Assembly (NCBI GenBank): GCA_030390025.1
Contig: JASTWF010000332.1
Span: forward strand, 496,001 to 532,040
Direction of reading: 5' to 3'
Source of the DNA: Squalus acanthias
Lineage: Eukaryota
Length of the DNA: 36,040 nt
Position numbers and translations under genes: made by a program. The notes below the pieces were generated by a model. The model saw only the letters and a program-made list of their open reading frames with translations. It was not told the DNA's origin and did no database searches. This document shows positions 1-11,323 of the stretch, one piece after another (position 1 is the stretch's first letter; each line of letters starts with the position of its first letter).

Positions 1-686
1 GCGCCGGTAGATCGTGACGTCAGGCGAGTGTGCAACGCCCCGGTAGTGCCCCGGTGCGGATATTGAGTGGCGCCCCCTGCCTTACCGCCTGCCGCTAGCA
101 ACGACAGGTTGAGGGGAGCGTTTTGCAGTCAGGAAGGGACTGGGGGAGCGCTGTTTAAAGGCGACTGCTTCCTGCCTTTTTTTGTTGGCGACATTTTTGA
201 ACCACGCATTCTGAGAGAGAAAGAGAGAGACTTCTAGAGAGATTCAACGCTGTGTGAAGGAGTTATGGGTACTGAGCAGCACTTTGCAGGTTCATTTTGA
301 TTTGCCCTTCCTTGTATCGATTTAGAAGAGACTTTGGGGGCTGCACTCTGAGCTCTTTCCCTGGTTCTCTCCATTGTTCTTTCCAGCAGATTTGATGTAC
401 AGGTCTCTCCAGGCCGAGATTCAAGGCTGCAATGAGAAGGATGTGGATGGAAAGCAAGATCAAGAACTGGCCGGCGCCATTGTGTCTGTGTTCCATTGCT
501 GACTGACATCACATGAGCTTCGCCAGCGCTCTGAGTTAGCGCCTCACTCCTCGTCCTTTACGTCTCAAGACAGATGTGTAGCGCCTGATTTAGCGCTCCA
601 ATCACCTCCAGGGACGATAAAAGTCAAGTTTGCAGTCGGAGGCGATAATTAGCGCCCCAAATGGGGCGATACTGAATTTCTCCCCC
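1..686. mobile_element. Right part of a GC-rich non-autonomous PIF/Harbinger-like DNA element, abutting a CR1 fragment
   Basis: Ends in ...CTGAATTTCTCCCCC, the same G-run/AAATT-type terminus as other MITEs here. CR1 coding sequence begins immediately after. The left end is outside the window. Confidence 0.55.
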
Positions 687-872
687 ATAGAATTGAAAAG
701 TAGGGAAGTTACACTAAACCTGTATCGAATCTTGGTTAGACCACACTCAGAGTACTGTGTACAGTTATGGTCGCCATATTACAAAAAGGATATAGAGGCA
801 CTGGAGAGGGTGCAGAGAAGATTTACAAGGATGATACCAGAAATGCGAGGGTATACATATCAGGAAAGGATG
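687..872 (+). mobile_element. CR1 LINE ORF2 C-terminal fragment
   Basis: Translates IELKSREVTLNLYRILVRPHSEYCVQLWSPYYKKDIEALERVQRRFTRMIP, the CR1 RPHLEYCVQFW/LERVQRRFT motif. Confidence 0.9.
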
Positions 873-1372
873 TAATCTTGTAGATGGTACACACTGCAGT
901 CACGGTGCGCCGGTGGTGGATGGGGTGCCAATCAAGAGGGCTGCTTTGTCCTGGATGGTGTCGAGCTTCTTGAGTGTTGTTGGAGCTGCATTCATCCAGG
1001 CAAGTGGAGAGTATTTCATCACACTCCTGACTTGTGCCTTGTAGATGGTGGAAAGGCTTTGGGGAGTCAGGATGTGAGACACTCGCCGCAGAATACCCAG
1101 CCTCTGACCTGCTCTTGTGGCCACAGTATTTATGTGGTTGGTCCAGTTAAGTTTCTGGTCAATGGTGACCCCCAGGATGTTGATGGTGGGGGATTTGGTG
1201 ATGGTAATGACATTGAATGTCAAGGGGAGGTGGTTAGACTCTCTTGTTGGAAATGGTCATTACCTGGCACTTGTGTGGCGCGAATGCTAATTGCCACTTA
1301 TTAGCCAAGCCTGAATGTTGTCGAAGTCTTGCTGCATGCAGGCACAGACTGCTTCGTTATCTGAGGAGTTGT
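873..1372 (-). mobile_element. CR1-group LINE family B fragment (ORF2 C-terminal region)
   Basis: ORF 900-1223: ILGVTIDQKLNWTNHINTVATRAGQRLGILRRVSH...IYKAQVRSVMKYSPLAW, near-identical to 7065-7487. Confidence 0.9.
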
Positions 1373-2271
1373 AGGTTACTATGTCACATTGGCTGGATCT
1401 AGGGATTTTGGTATTGGTGGGGTTGGCATCAGTAAACACTCTGATGGAAAAGTACACGTTACTATTGACTATTCAGCATGTAGTGATTTAGCTTCATATT
1501 CTGAGACAAAATATACAAATGGGCACCAAAAATGACCTTGAACCTTTTCTTTTTATACAGTGTCAATACGCTCCCTTATATTGATATTGGAAGCACGTGT
1601 CATCAGCGTGAGTCACTCTCCCTCCCCAAATTAAATATCCTCTTTAGATTATTATAGCGTGTTTTTTAACATTCAGCAGCACACGTGTAGCTCTAAACAT
1701 CTGTTGCTCGTTGATGGATAAGAAGACCAATTACTGCCGACATTTGTGCAGATGCTATCCACAGCAAAGTGCAGACTTGCACGTAGCGACTCTAATCTGT
1801 TACAGTTTATTCCCTTACCTTTATTCAATTTCTCCTTTTGATTTTTAGAAGAACATTTATTCTTCTGTTTCTCCCCAAGGCACATTGAGTTCACGCAGAA
1901 TTTTTTAGTTTGTGCGTGGCTCATTTAAAATAAAACAAAATGCAATGTGATGTGCAGAAATCAATCTTTCCTTTGGAATGAGAAAATAGATTTTAAATGA
2001 AATAATTTACAACAATTTAAGACCATCCTAATTTTTCCAAACTAGGTATGTTGACTCACACCTAAATTATATTAACTTGAAGGGAGGCCACCACAATTTC
2101 ATGTTTTCAACAAAGTTCCTCCTATTAGAAACCTGATGAAACATTGTAATGAATTTAAATTAAAACAACAGGATGATAATGTGAGAAAACCATATTGCAT
2201 TCTTAGGAAAGTTATTTAATTTACTACTGTCATGATGGCTTTTAAATTCTGCTTATTTGTTTTAAATGGGA

Positions 2272-2584
2272 ATCTACCCATCCCTAGTTGCCCTGATTGG
2301 ATACAACTAAGTGGCTTGCTAGGCGGCTTCAGAGTTAAGTGTTGGTGTGGGACTGGAGTCACATACAGGGCTTACCGGATAAGGACGGCAGGTTTGCTTC
2401 CCCTGAAGGACGTTAGTGAACCCGCTGGGTTTTTACGGCAATCCGACAGCTTCATGATCGCATTTTACTGATGCCAGCTCTTTATTTCCAGGTTTTTAAA
2501 ACTGAATTCAGATTCTCAAACTGCCTTGGTGGCAGTTCTCTGGATTATTGGTCCAGTAGCATAATCACAACACTACCGTACCCT
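2272..2584 (-). mobile_element. tRNA-headed SINE, degenerate copy
   Basis: Homologous to 6597-7988 (GGAGTCACAT, TTAGTGAACC, GGGTTTTTACG). Head GGGTACGGTAGTG on the minus strand; tail begins GGGCAACTAGGGATGGG. Confidence 0.75.
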
Positions 2585-2914
2585 CTCCAAAAGAAGTGTA
2601 TACTACTCAGTATAATATTACTGACAATCTATTTTTCAGCTAGACAATAGGGGAGAGTATTATTTATTTTTAAAGATAAGATCCTCCTGGTTTGTCTGTT
2701 AGCAATTCAACCCAATCCTCATTTAATCAGACAAATGGATAATATACCAGTCTAGTGATGTTCATATTTTGTAAAGAAAGAAGTTACTGATCAAAGTATA
2801 AACTGTACTCATTCTAAAAGAAAATGGAAACTAGGCAATAGAAACTCTGACTATATTCAGTGACGTTTTATTGTTAGTTGCTCAGCTCTTTTAGGCATCA
2901 TTAACATCGTAACA

Positions 2915-4172
2915 CGTAACATTGCCCGTCTCCGCCCTTGCCTCAGCTCATCTGCTGCTGAAACCCTCATCCATGCCTTTGTTACCTCTAGACCTGACTA
3001 TTCCAACGCACTCCTGGCTGGCCTCCCGCATTCTACCCTACGTAAACTTGAGGTCATCCAAAACTCTGCCTCCCGTGTCCTAACTCGCACCACGTCCCGT
3101 TCACCCATCACCCCTGTGCTCGCTGACCTACATTGGCTCCCGGTTAAGCAGCGCCTCGATTTTTCAAATTCTCATCCTTGTTTTCAAATCCCTCCATGGC
3201 CTCACCCCTCCCTATCTCTGTAATCTCCTCCAGCCCCACAACCCCCCGAGATATCTGTGCTCCTCTAATTCTGCCCTCTTGAGCATCCCTGATTTTAATC
3301 GCTCAACCATTGATGGCCGTTCCTTCAGGCCCTAACATAGAAACATAGAAGATAGGAGCAGGAGCAGGCCATTCGGCCCCTCGAGCCTGTTCCGCCATTT
3401 AATGAGATCATGGCTGATCATCCAAATTCAGTACCCTGTCGCTGTTTTCTCCCCATATCCCTTGATCCCTTTAGCCTTAAGAAATATATCTAACTCCTTC
3501 TTGAATATATTTAATGAATTGGACTCAACTGCCTTCTGCGGTAGAGAATTCCACAGGTTCACCACTCTCTGGGTGAAGAAATTCCTCCTCATCTCAGTCC
3601 GAAATGGCTTACCCCTTATCCTTAGACTGTGACCCCTGGTTCTGGACTCCCCCGCCATCGGGAACATCCTTCCTGCATCTAGTCTGTCTAGTCCTGTTAG
3701 AATTTTATAAGTTTCAATGAGATCCCCTCTCATTCTTCTAAACTTTAGCGAATATAAGCCCAATCGACCCAATCTCTCCTCATACGTCATTCCTGCCATC
3801 CCAGGTATCAGTCTGGTGAATCTTCGCTGCACTCCCTCCATGGCAAGAACATCCTTCCTCAGATAAGGCAACCAAAACTGCACACAATACTCAAGGTGTG
3901 GTCTCACCAAGGCCCTGTATAGCTGCAGCAAGACATCCTTGCTCCTGTACTCGAATCGCTGGAATTCCCTCCCTAAACCTCTCCGCCTCGCTACCTTTCT
4001 TTCCTCCTTTAAGACGCTCCTTAAAACCTATTTCTTTGACCAAGATCTGCTCTAATTTCTCCTTATGTGGCTCGTTGTCAAATTTTGTTTTATAATGCTC
4101 CTGTGAAGCGCCTTGGGATGTTTTACTATGTTAAAGGTGCTATATAAATACAAGTTGGTGTTGTTGTTGTTT
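2915..4172 (+). mobile_element. L2-clade LINE 3' portion, split by a CR1 insertion (L2 parts 2915-3335 and 3958-4172)
   Basis: Translates RNIARLRPCLSSSAAETLIHAFVTSRPDYSNALLAGLP...PVLADLHWLPVKQR. L2-type tail GTGAAGCGCCTTGGGATG...GCTATATAAATACAAGTTG followed by (TTG)n. Confidence 0.9.
3336..3957 (-). mobile_element. 5'-truncated CR1 LINE inserted into L2
   Basis: ORF 3428-3931: RPHLEYCVQFW...RGDLIETYKIL...FFTQRVVNLWNSLP. CR1 tail GGGCCGAATGGCC followed by TTCTATGT-type repeats. Confidence 0.95.
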
Positions 4173-4314
4173 TACTAATATTGTTCATAATGAGGGACTG
4201 ATGCGAAACACGTGCACCTGATGTTGATGTGGTCTCACAGAACATTGGGATGCCATTGCTTAGTGCCACAGAGCGACTGAATACATGTCTCTCAGTTGTT
4301 TCTAGATGGCTGTG

Positions 4315-4472
4315 GGAAGGTGTGAAAGGATGGGGCGATGGACGAGAGGACGGGGGAGGGGGCGACGAGCGAGAGGGCGTGGCGGGACGGGGGGGAGAGG
4401 ACGGGGCGATTGGCGAGGGGGGAGCGGTACAACGGGGGGTGATGGGCGAGAGGACGGGCGAGAGGAGGGGAT
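4315..4472. repeat. G/A-rich low-complexity tract (GGACG/GGCGA-like units)
   Basis: Visible directly; gives rise to the spurious Pro/Gly/Arg ORFs at 4126-4578. Confidence 0.75.
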
Positions 4473-4819
4473 CGACCATTGCTTGAGTAGCTCCCAGCAG
4501 CCATTGCATATCAGTGCTGTTGCAGGCCAAGAAATACATTGTTCAGCTGCCCACTGTTGGCACATGTCCCGGTTTTAGCCCAGCAAACTCATTCACACAA
4601 GTAGACAGCGGGTTTGATTATATGAGGTTTTGTTCTGCTGTTGCTTCCTATCATCAAATCCTAACAGTCATGCTGCCACCATATGTTGAATAACAGATCG
4701 ACTTTATTATACAAATCAAATCTGCATTCCTATAATTTTCACCATTCTCAAAGTCGGATATTATTAATTCGCTAAACATGCACATTTTTACATAATTACT
4801 AACTTCACTATGAACAGGC

Positions 4820-5819
4820 CCTCGGAGTTATTTTGGTGAAAGGGTGAAAACAGATGCTAAGTGGGTGCTGTGTTAATAAGACGCGCCTGTTTCAAAGTCT
4901 GGTTTTATTCTGCAATTTTGGGGCTAATTGTTGATTACCATGATTTAAACTTGCCTGGAGCAATAAAACAGAGACCTGTAGGTTTAGCACTTGAGCGCTG
5001 ATGAGAAGCAATTTTCGTGCCGCAGTATATGTGGGCTCCACGCACCCACTTCCACTGAAGGTGTGGCGTGCGCTGGCTGACACACAGCGGCACGTTTTAG
5101 GATGGCTCAGATGGAGGGAGAGGGCCCACAGGTTCTTGGAGGTCCTGGAGGAGCAGGTCCAGAGGAGGAGGGACCCGCAGGGGGAAGGACGCCACCTCGC
5201 CCTCCTGAAGCAGCTGGTGCTGCTCTGCCTGGCCTCATGTCCTCCTCCCATTCCTCGTCCAGACCAAGGGCGACTCCTCGCAAGATGCCCATGACTAAGC
5301 ACTCCCTTTCTCCTGGTGACTCCTATAAAGGTGTTCAATAGCACAGCACTTACTCTCTTTAGGCGAACTTCTCAGAGAATTACTGGAATAAATGTTGATA
5401 GTGTTGGTGAAGTCTTGACAAAGTCCCAGAAAGTCTTCTGATGTGTCTCAAAAGTCCTCTTCACACCTCCAGCAGCAAGTGAACAGTGAACGCTGAGCAT
5501 AGCTTTAAGTAGCGCTCGAAATCCTCAGCATTGACTTGTTTACTCCCAGTCAGTTGGTCGCTGTTAGGAGAGGGCGTTAATTGAAGCGCTAGCCACCAAA
5601 AGGCCGTGCAGCCTCTTTAATAAGCGCTGGCAGGCAATGTAATTGACAATCAGACTCTTAACGATCCTCCGGGCGGCCATTCCGAGCCCACGCTTCAGCT
5701 CCTTTACCAAGATGGCTTCTTGTGTTAAAGATGGGCTAAATCGGTGTTGCAGCTCAAGACCCCACCTCGTCCACCTCAAGGCTCCTTAGCGCTTAAAGTA
5801 TCTGGGGAAAATCGCCCCC
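4820..5819. mobile_element. Internally deleted PIF/Harbinger-like element with a Myb/SANT-like N-terminal relic
   Basis: Plus strand gives MAQ...RERAHRFLEVLEEQVQRRRD, resembling Harbinger Myb-like ORF starts and the ORF at 22686. Right terminus GAAAATCGCCCCC. Left end uncertain. Confidence 0.55.
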
Positions 5820-6596
5820 TCAGTGTTATCATTCTTGCAAGTCTCACAGCAACCTTAGAATGTCTCTGGAATTTCAGCAAAGTCAAAATAGACAATTATA
5901 TTTTTAGTGCACTGGATGGTACAATGAGTTTGAATGTGATACTTTGACCACTGGGACCTGGGCTGTTTATTTTTAGTATCTCGAAATTTCCCACTTTGTT
6001 GTACTGTGGTAAATTATTTGTGCTCTTTTCATTTAAGACTGTTCTCCTCTCTGGTTACCTCCTTTGCTGACTCCTGTGCTACAAGCTAATTCTTCTTTTT
6101 AACGGCCAATCACAGTCTTCAGTTCCCGAGCCACTCGTGAGCAAAATCAATTTGTTGCACGTAATCAAATTAGTGCAATGACCTGTCTCCCAATGTGAGA
6201 AAACACAAACTGGTTTGTCAGCAGATGCTGTTATTTTTACCTCCGAGTTTATTACTATTTTTGTCGGCCTGTGAGAGAAAATTCTCTGAAGTCTTATCAC
6301 TTAATCCTGTTCAAGCCTGAGCTGAGCTTTCAACCCCATGTCTAACAAAGGGGTCCAGGGAACGTGACAGTATTTGCAAGTGATCCCAGCAGTAAGTTAG
6401 TAGTCTGAATTTTGATGTAAATTATAACGGCGTGCTAACGACGCACACCATTATTAATGTGCCAGCAAGTTCCAAGGATTAAGAGATACGCTGAGAGTTG
6501 TGAATTCCCGGAACTTGCTGGTTGATTTCCGCCGCTCCACTTCGCACAAACAGTATCTCGCCCTTAGCCTCCCCGTTATTTTTAAGAACTCGCTGG

Positions 6597-7988
6597 ATTT
6601 TTAAAAAATTCATTTACGGGATGTGGCACGTCGCTGGCAAGGCCAGCATTTATTGCCCATCCCTAATTGCCCTTGAGAAGGTGGTGGTGAGCCACCTTCT
6701 TAAACCACTCGTGTGTCTTAGCGGTTTGGGACAACTGAGTGGCTTGTTAAGCCATTTAAGGGCAGTTAAGAATCTGCTCCATTGCTGTGGGTCTGGAGTC
6801 ACATATCGGCCAGACCGGATAAGGGCAGCAGATTTCCTTCCCTAAAGGACATTAGTGAACCAGATGGGTTTTTACGACAATCTAGATTTATTTAATTAAC
6901 TAAATTTAAATTCCCCAGCTACCATGGTGGGATTTGAACTCATGTCTCCGGATCATTAGTCCAGGCCTCTGGATTACCAGTTCAATAGTCCTCAGGGCAG
7001 TGTCCTAGGCCCAACCATTTTCAGCTGCTTCATCAATGACCTTCCCTCCAACATAACGTCAGAAATGGGGATGTTCGCTGATGACTGCACAGTGTTCAGC
7101 ACCATTCACAACTCCTCAGATAATGAAGCAGTCCAAGCCCACATGCAACAAGACCTGGACGACGTTCAGGCTTGGGCTGATAAGTGGCAGGTAACATTCG
7201 CGCCACAGAAGTACCAGGCAGTGACTATCTCCAACACGCGAGAGTCTAACCACCGCCCCTTAACTTTCAACGGCATTACCATCGCCAAATCCCCCACCAT
7301 CAACATCCTGGGGGTCACCATTGACCAGAAACTTAACTGGACCAGCCGCATAAATACTGTGGCAACAAGAGCAGGTCAGAAGCTAGGTATTCTGCGGCGA
7401 GTGTCTCACCTCCTGACTCCCCAAAGCCTTTCCACCATCTACAAAGCACAAGTAAGGAGTGTGATGGAATACTCTCCACTTGCCTGAATGAGTGCAGCTC
7501 CAACAACACTCAAGAAGCTCGACACTTCCAGGACAAAGCAGCCCGCTTGATTGTCACCCCATCCACCACCTTAAACATTCACTCCCTCCACCACCAGCGT
7601 ACCGTGGCTGCAGTGTGTACCATCTACAAGATTCCCTGCAGCAACTTGCCAAGGCTTCTTCGGCAGCACCTCCCAAACCCGCGACCTCTTCCACCTAGAA
7701 GGACAAGGGAACACCACCACCTCCAAGTTCCCCTCCAAGTCACACACCATCCTGACTTGGAAATATATCGCCGATCCTTCATCATCGCTGGATCAAAATC
7801 CTAGAACTCCCTACCTAACAGCACTGTGGGAGAACATTCACCACATGGACTGCAGCGGTTCAAGGAGGCGGCTCACCACCACCTTCTCAAAGGCAATTAG
7901 GGATGGGCAATAAATGCTGGCGTAGCCAGCGATGCCTAAATCCCATAAACGAATAAAAAAAAACATAATCACTATGCTACCGTTCCCT
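6597..7988 (-). mobile_element. tRNA-headed SINE with family-B LINE tail, split by a LINE insertion
   Basis: Minus strand: A-box-like TAGCATAGTGA near 7975, B-box GAGTTCAAATCCC at 6929-6941, tail GGCAATTAGGGATGGGCAATAAATGCTGG at about 6600-6700. Confidence 0.8.
6988..7963 (+). mobile_element. CR1-group LINE family B, 5'-truncated (RT C-terminal half plus tail)
   Basis: PQGSVLGP and MFADD RT motifs; ORF 7065-7487; AATAAA-containing tail and A-run at about 7955-7963. Confidence 0.93.
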
Positions 7989-8203
7989 TATGTTAATTTG
8001 TGCATTAATTGCCCATTAAACTCACCACAGAAAGTTAAACCTAGTAATTAACAGCGTAAATACCTTTTTAACAATGTGTTAATTGTTAATGACTGCCAAT
8101 CAACATCTCTGGCCCAGAAAGGGAACAATTGAAATTATGGAGTCTCATTCCTTCAGGTAGTGAATTGTTCTTAGAGATTTTAAAAATGTCAAATTCAAAT
8201 TTT

Positions 8204-8457
8204 AAATAAAAATGGAAAATGCTGGAAATACTCAGTAGATCAGGCAGTATCTGAGGAGAGAGAAACAGAGTTAACGCTTCAGGTCGATGACCTTTCATCA
8301 GAACGAGACAAAACTTTTTCCAGTTTTAAAGAAAGGTCATCGACCTGAAACGTTAACTCTGTTTCTCTCTCCACAGATTGCTGCCTGACCTACTGAGTAT
8401 TTCCAGCATTTTCCATTTTTATTTCAGATTTCCAGCATCCACAGTATTTTGCTTTTG
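8204..8457. mobile_element. Penelope-like terminal repeats in inverted (hairpin) arrangement
   Basis: Arms of about 100 bp (8204-8303 and about 8322-8424) are reverse complements and match the terminus of the GIY-YIG element at 12063. Confidence 0.85.
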
Positions 8458-8585
8458 AAAGTTTTAATTTTTTTTCTTTTTCATTTCGGTCTCTTTTTTT
8501 CCTCTCTCTAAATCCAATCTTTCTTTCCCTCTATATTTCTCTGTTTGTACCTGATTTGACGCTAATTCACCCTATTTCTTTCTCC

Positions 8586-9776
8586 ATCATAGAATAACAC
8601 AGCACAGAAGGAGGCCATTCGGCCCATCGAGTCTGCATTGGCTCTTTGGCAGAGCAATCCAGTTAGTCCCACTCCCCTTTTGAAGAGCAATCCACTCCCC
8701 CGCTCTTTCCCCATATCTCTGCAATTTTTTCTCCTTCAAGTATTTATCCAATTCCCTTTCAAAGGCTACTATTGAATCTGTATCCAACACCCTATCAGGC
8801 AGTGCATTCCAAATCCTAAACACTCGTTGCGTAAAAAAGTTTCCCCTTATGCCGCCTCTGGTTCTTTTGCCAATCATCTTAAATCTGTGCCCTCTGGTTA
8901 TCGACCCTTCAGCCATTGGAAACAGTTTCTCTTTATTTACTCTATCTAAATCCTTCATGATTTTAAACACCTCTATCAAATCTCCTCTCAACCTTCTCTG
9001 CTCTAAGGAGAACAACCCCAGCCTCTCTAGTCTATCCCCATAACTGTAATCCCTCATCCCTGGAACCATTCCAGTGAATCTCTTCTTTACACTCTCCAAA
9101 GCCTTCATGTCTTTCCTAAAGTGTGGTGCCCAGAATTGGACCCAGTACTCCAGCCGGGGCCGAAGTAGTGTTTTATATAAGTTTATCATAACTTCCTGGC
9201 TTTTATACTCTATGCCTCTAATTATAAAGCTCAAGATTCCATATGCTTTACTAACTGCTTTGTTAACCTGTCCTGCCACCTTCAAAGATTTGTGCACAAG
9301 CACCCCCAGATCGCTCTGTTCTTGCACCCCCTTTAAAATTGTACCATTTAGCTTGTATTGTCTCTCCTCATTCTTCCTACCAAAATGTATCACCTCACAC
9401 TTTCCTGTGTTGAATTTCATCCACCATGTGTCCGCCCATTCCACCAGCCTGTCTATGTCCTCCTGAAGTCTATTGCTAGCTTCCTCACTGTTTACTACAC
9501 TTTTGTGTCATCTGCAAATTTCAAAATTGTGCCCTGTGCCCCCAAGTCCAAGTCATTAATGTATATCAAAAACAGCAGTGGTCCTAGTACCGACCCCTGG
9601 GGAACACCACTGTATACCTCCCTCCAGTCCGAAAAACAGCCATTCACCACAACTCTCTGTTTTCTATCCCTTAGCCAATTTTGTATCCATGCTGCTACTG
9701 CCCTTTTTATCCCATGGGCTTCAATTTTGCTAACAAGCCTAATGTGTGGTACTTTATCAAACACCTTTTGAAAGTC
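8586..9776 (-). mobile_element. 5'-truncated CR1 LINE (RT domain to 3' tail)
   Basis: ORFs 9495-9764 ([26 protein letters not shown]) and 8587-9444; CR1 tail GGGCCGAATGGCC. Confidence 0.95.
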
Positions 9777-9819
9777 ATTCCTGTTTCTTTCTCAATCCTC
9801 AAATCTCATTGGTTAAGGA

Positions 9820-10127
9820 CATAAGAACATAAGAAATAGGAGCAGGAGTAGGCCATTCGTCCCTTCGAGCCTGCTCCGCCATTCAATGAGATCATGGCTG
9901 ATCTTCTGCCTCAACTCCATTCACCGGCCCTATCGCCATATCCCTTGATGCCCTTACTAGTCAGAAATCTATCGACTTCTCTTTTGAATATACCCAATGA
10001 CTGAGCCTCCACAGCCATCTGGGGTAGAGAATTCCAAAGATTCACCACCCTCTGTGTGAAGAAATTTCTTCTCATCTCAGTCCTGAATGGCCTACCCTTT
10101 ATCCTGAGGCTGTGGCCCCTGGTTCTA
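9820..10127 (-). mobile_element. CR1 LINE 3' end fragment
   Basis: CATAAGAACATAAGAAATAGGAGCAGGAGTAGGCCATTCG on the plus strand; homologous to 3336-3650. Confidence 0.9.
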
Positions 10128-10519
10128 CACTGTTGGTCCCGTCATCACTCAGGTCCCAGATGCCCCATTGCCCTCGCCACGCAATTATCAGCTCGCACTC
10201 CCAGCAAGTTATGCTTTTTCAAGCTGAAGGATGCAGAAAAAGTCTAACTAACGGCGTGCGTCGTGAGATGCCCCGCTCCAGCAAGATTTGGCCCATTATT
10301 TGCAATTGGGCCCCACACACAGAAAGACTGGAAAACCACTGCTTAAACCTGGGGCTGCTGTGGTTAGTCACATTTTATTTGTCAGAATCACAAAATGAGG
10401 TAAAAGTAGGTAAAAGAACAGATAAAGCCACTGCAGCATCTTAGAACGGTGGTAGTTTAAAAACAAAACAGGAAGACCTTATCATTGGATGTGGCCAGAT
10501 AATTGTTTTCAAACGTTAC

Positions 10520-10597
10520 CTCATGGGCATGGGTAGAAGGTACAAAAGCATTTGACCTAATCACTGTCTCATTTGGTTTAGTTCTTGTGGCTTCTAT
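10520..10597 (-). CDS. Candidate 78-nt coding exon of an unidentified gene (IEATRTKPNETVIRSNAFVPSTHAHE)
   Basis: Long pyrimidine tract GTTTTGTCCTTTGTTTTTTCTCCCTGTAACTAG acceptor, GAG|GTAACG donor, open phase 0-0. No homology recognised. Confidence 0.3.
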
Positions 10598-11025
10598 CTA
10601 GTTACAGGGAGAAAAAACAAAGGACAAAACGCATCTGGAAAAAAATCTCGGACTGACTAATGGCATTTGGCCCGTCATATTAGAATAATGACGGATTGCT
10701 TCAAATATCTTCCTGAAGATTCGCAAGCATCCCTGCTGTTTAGGTACAATAAATCAGAGGTGCAGGAGTCGGTGAATATTGCCCTGTTATCGGTAGTAAA
10801 ACAATATACCTGCCCTTACCCACTAAATAATAGGAGCAATTCCACTTATTATTAAATGGAACAATCATACTCCATTTTTGGGACATATAAATTTATTGGG
10901 TGATGAAGCTTTGGAGCAATCTTTTGAGAACAGTTTAATAAATTACATTTTAAAATGACAAGCTCTGAGATAAGCTTTGATTAGGGGGACATGCTGCACA
11001 AAAGACTAATGTATTTAGACACATT

Positions 11026-11160
11026 GGGGCTTGATTTTAACTCCCGGGCGGGAGCGCGGCCTATCGAGCGACCAGCCCGGACAATTTTAACAGGCGGGCC
11101 TCATTAACATGACGCTGGCCGACCAAAACAGCAGGGACGTTGGTGGACACCGGGGTCCAG
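11026..11160. mobile_element. Left fragment of a GC-rich MITE
   Basis: Starts ATT|GGGGCTTGATTTTAAC, like the termini at 29819, 34154 and 35032. Confidence 0.45.
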
Positions 11161-11323
11161 GAGGAATGGTTCACTCTACTCATTTACCTCGAGTTACTTC
11201 GCACTCGGTGAATTTTACAGATTGTGCGAATATCAGTTTACCTTAAACGCACAAGGTGACTTCTACACATGCTTAACTTTAACTTGTCTGACACTCATGT
11301 AACCAAAGGGAAGTTTTGAGCTG

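Larger units (their letters stand above)
6402..10294. mobile_element. Older non-autonomous DNA element split into five pieces by nested insertions (about 6402-6596, 7989-8203, 8458-8585, 9777-9819, 10128-10294)
   Basis: The pieces read continuously across the insertion junctions. Right end CAAGATTTGGCCC is TIR-like. TAACGGCGTGC occurs near both ends. Confidence 0.6.

Noticed and set aside
64..84. Second CTCF-like motif (AGGCAGGGGGCGCCA on the minus strand)
   Set aside because: Lacks the conserved CC at the start of the core and lies in a GC-rich transposon.
4126..4578. Overlapping Pro/Gly/Arg-rich ORFs
   Set aside because: Artefacts of a low-complexity G/A tract.
6929..7988. A-box and B-box as a tRNA gene
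   Set aside because: No cloverleaf; it is the head of a repeated SINE and is split by a LINE.
8587..9444. 285-aa ORF as a host gene
   Set aside because: CR1 ORF2 C-terminus read through into its 3' UTR.
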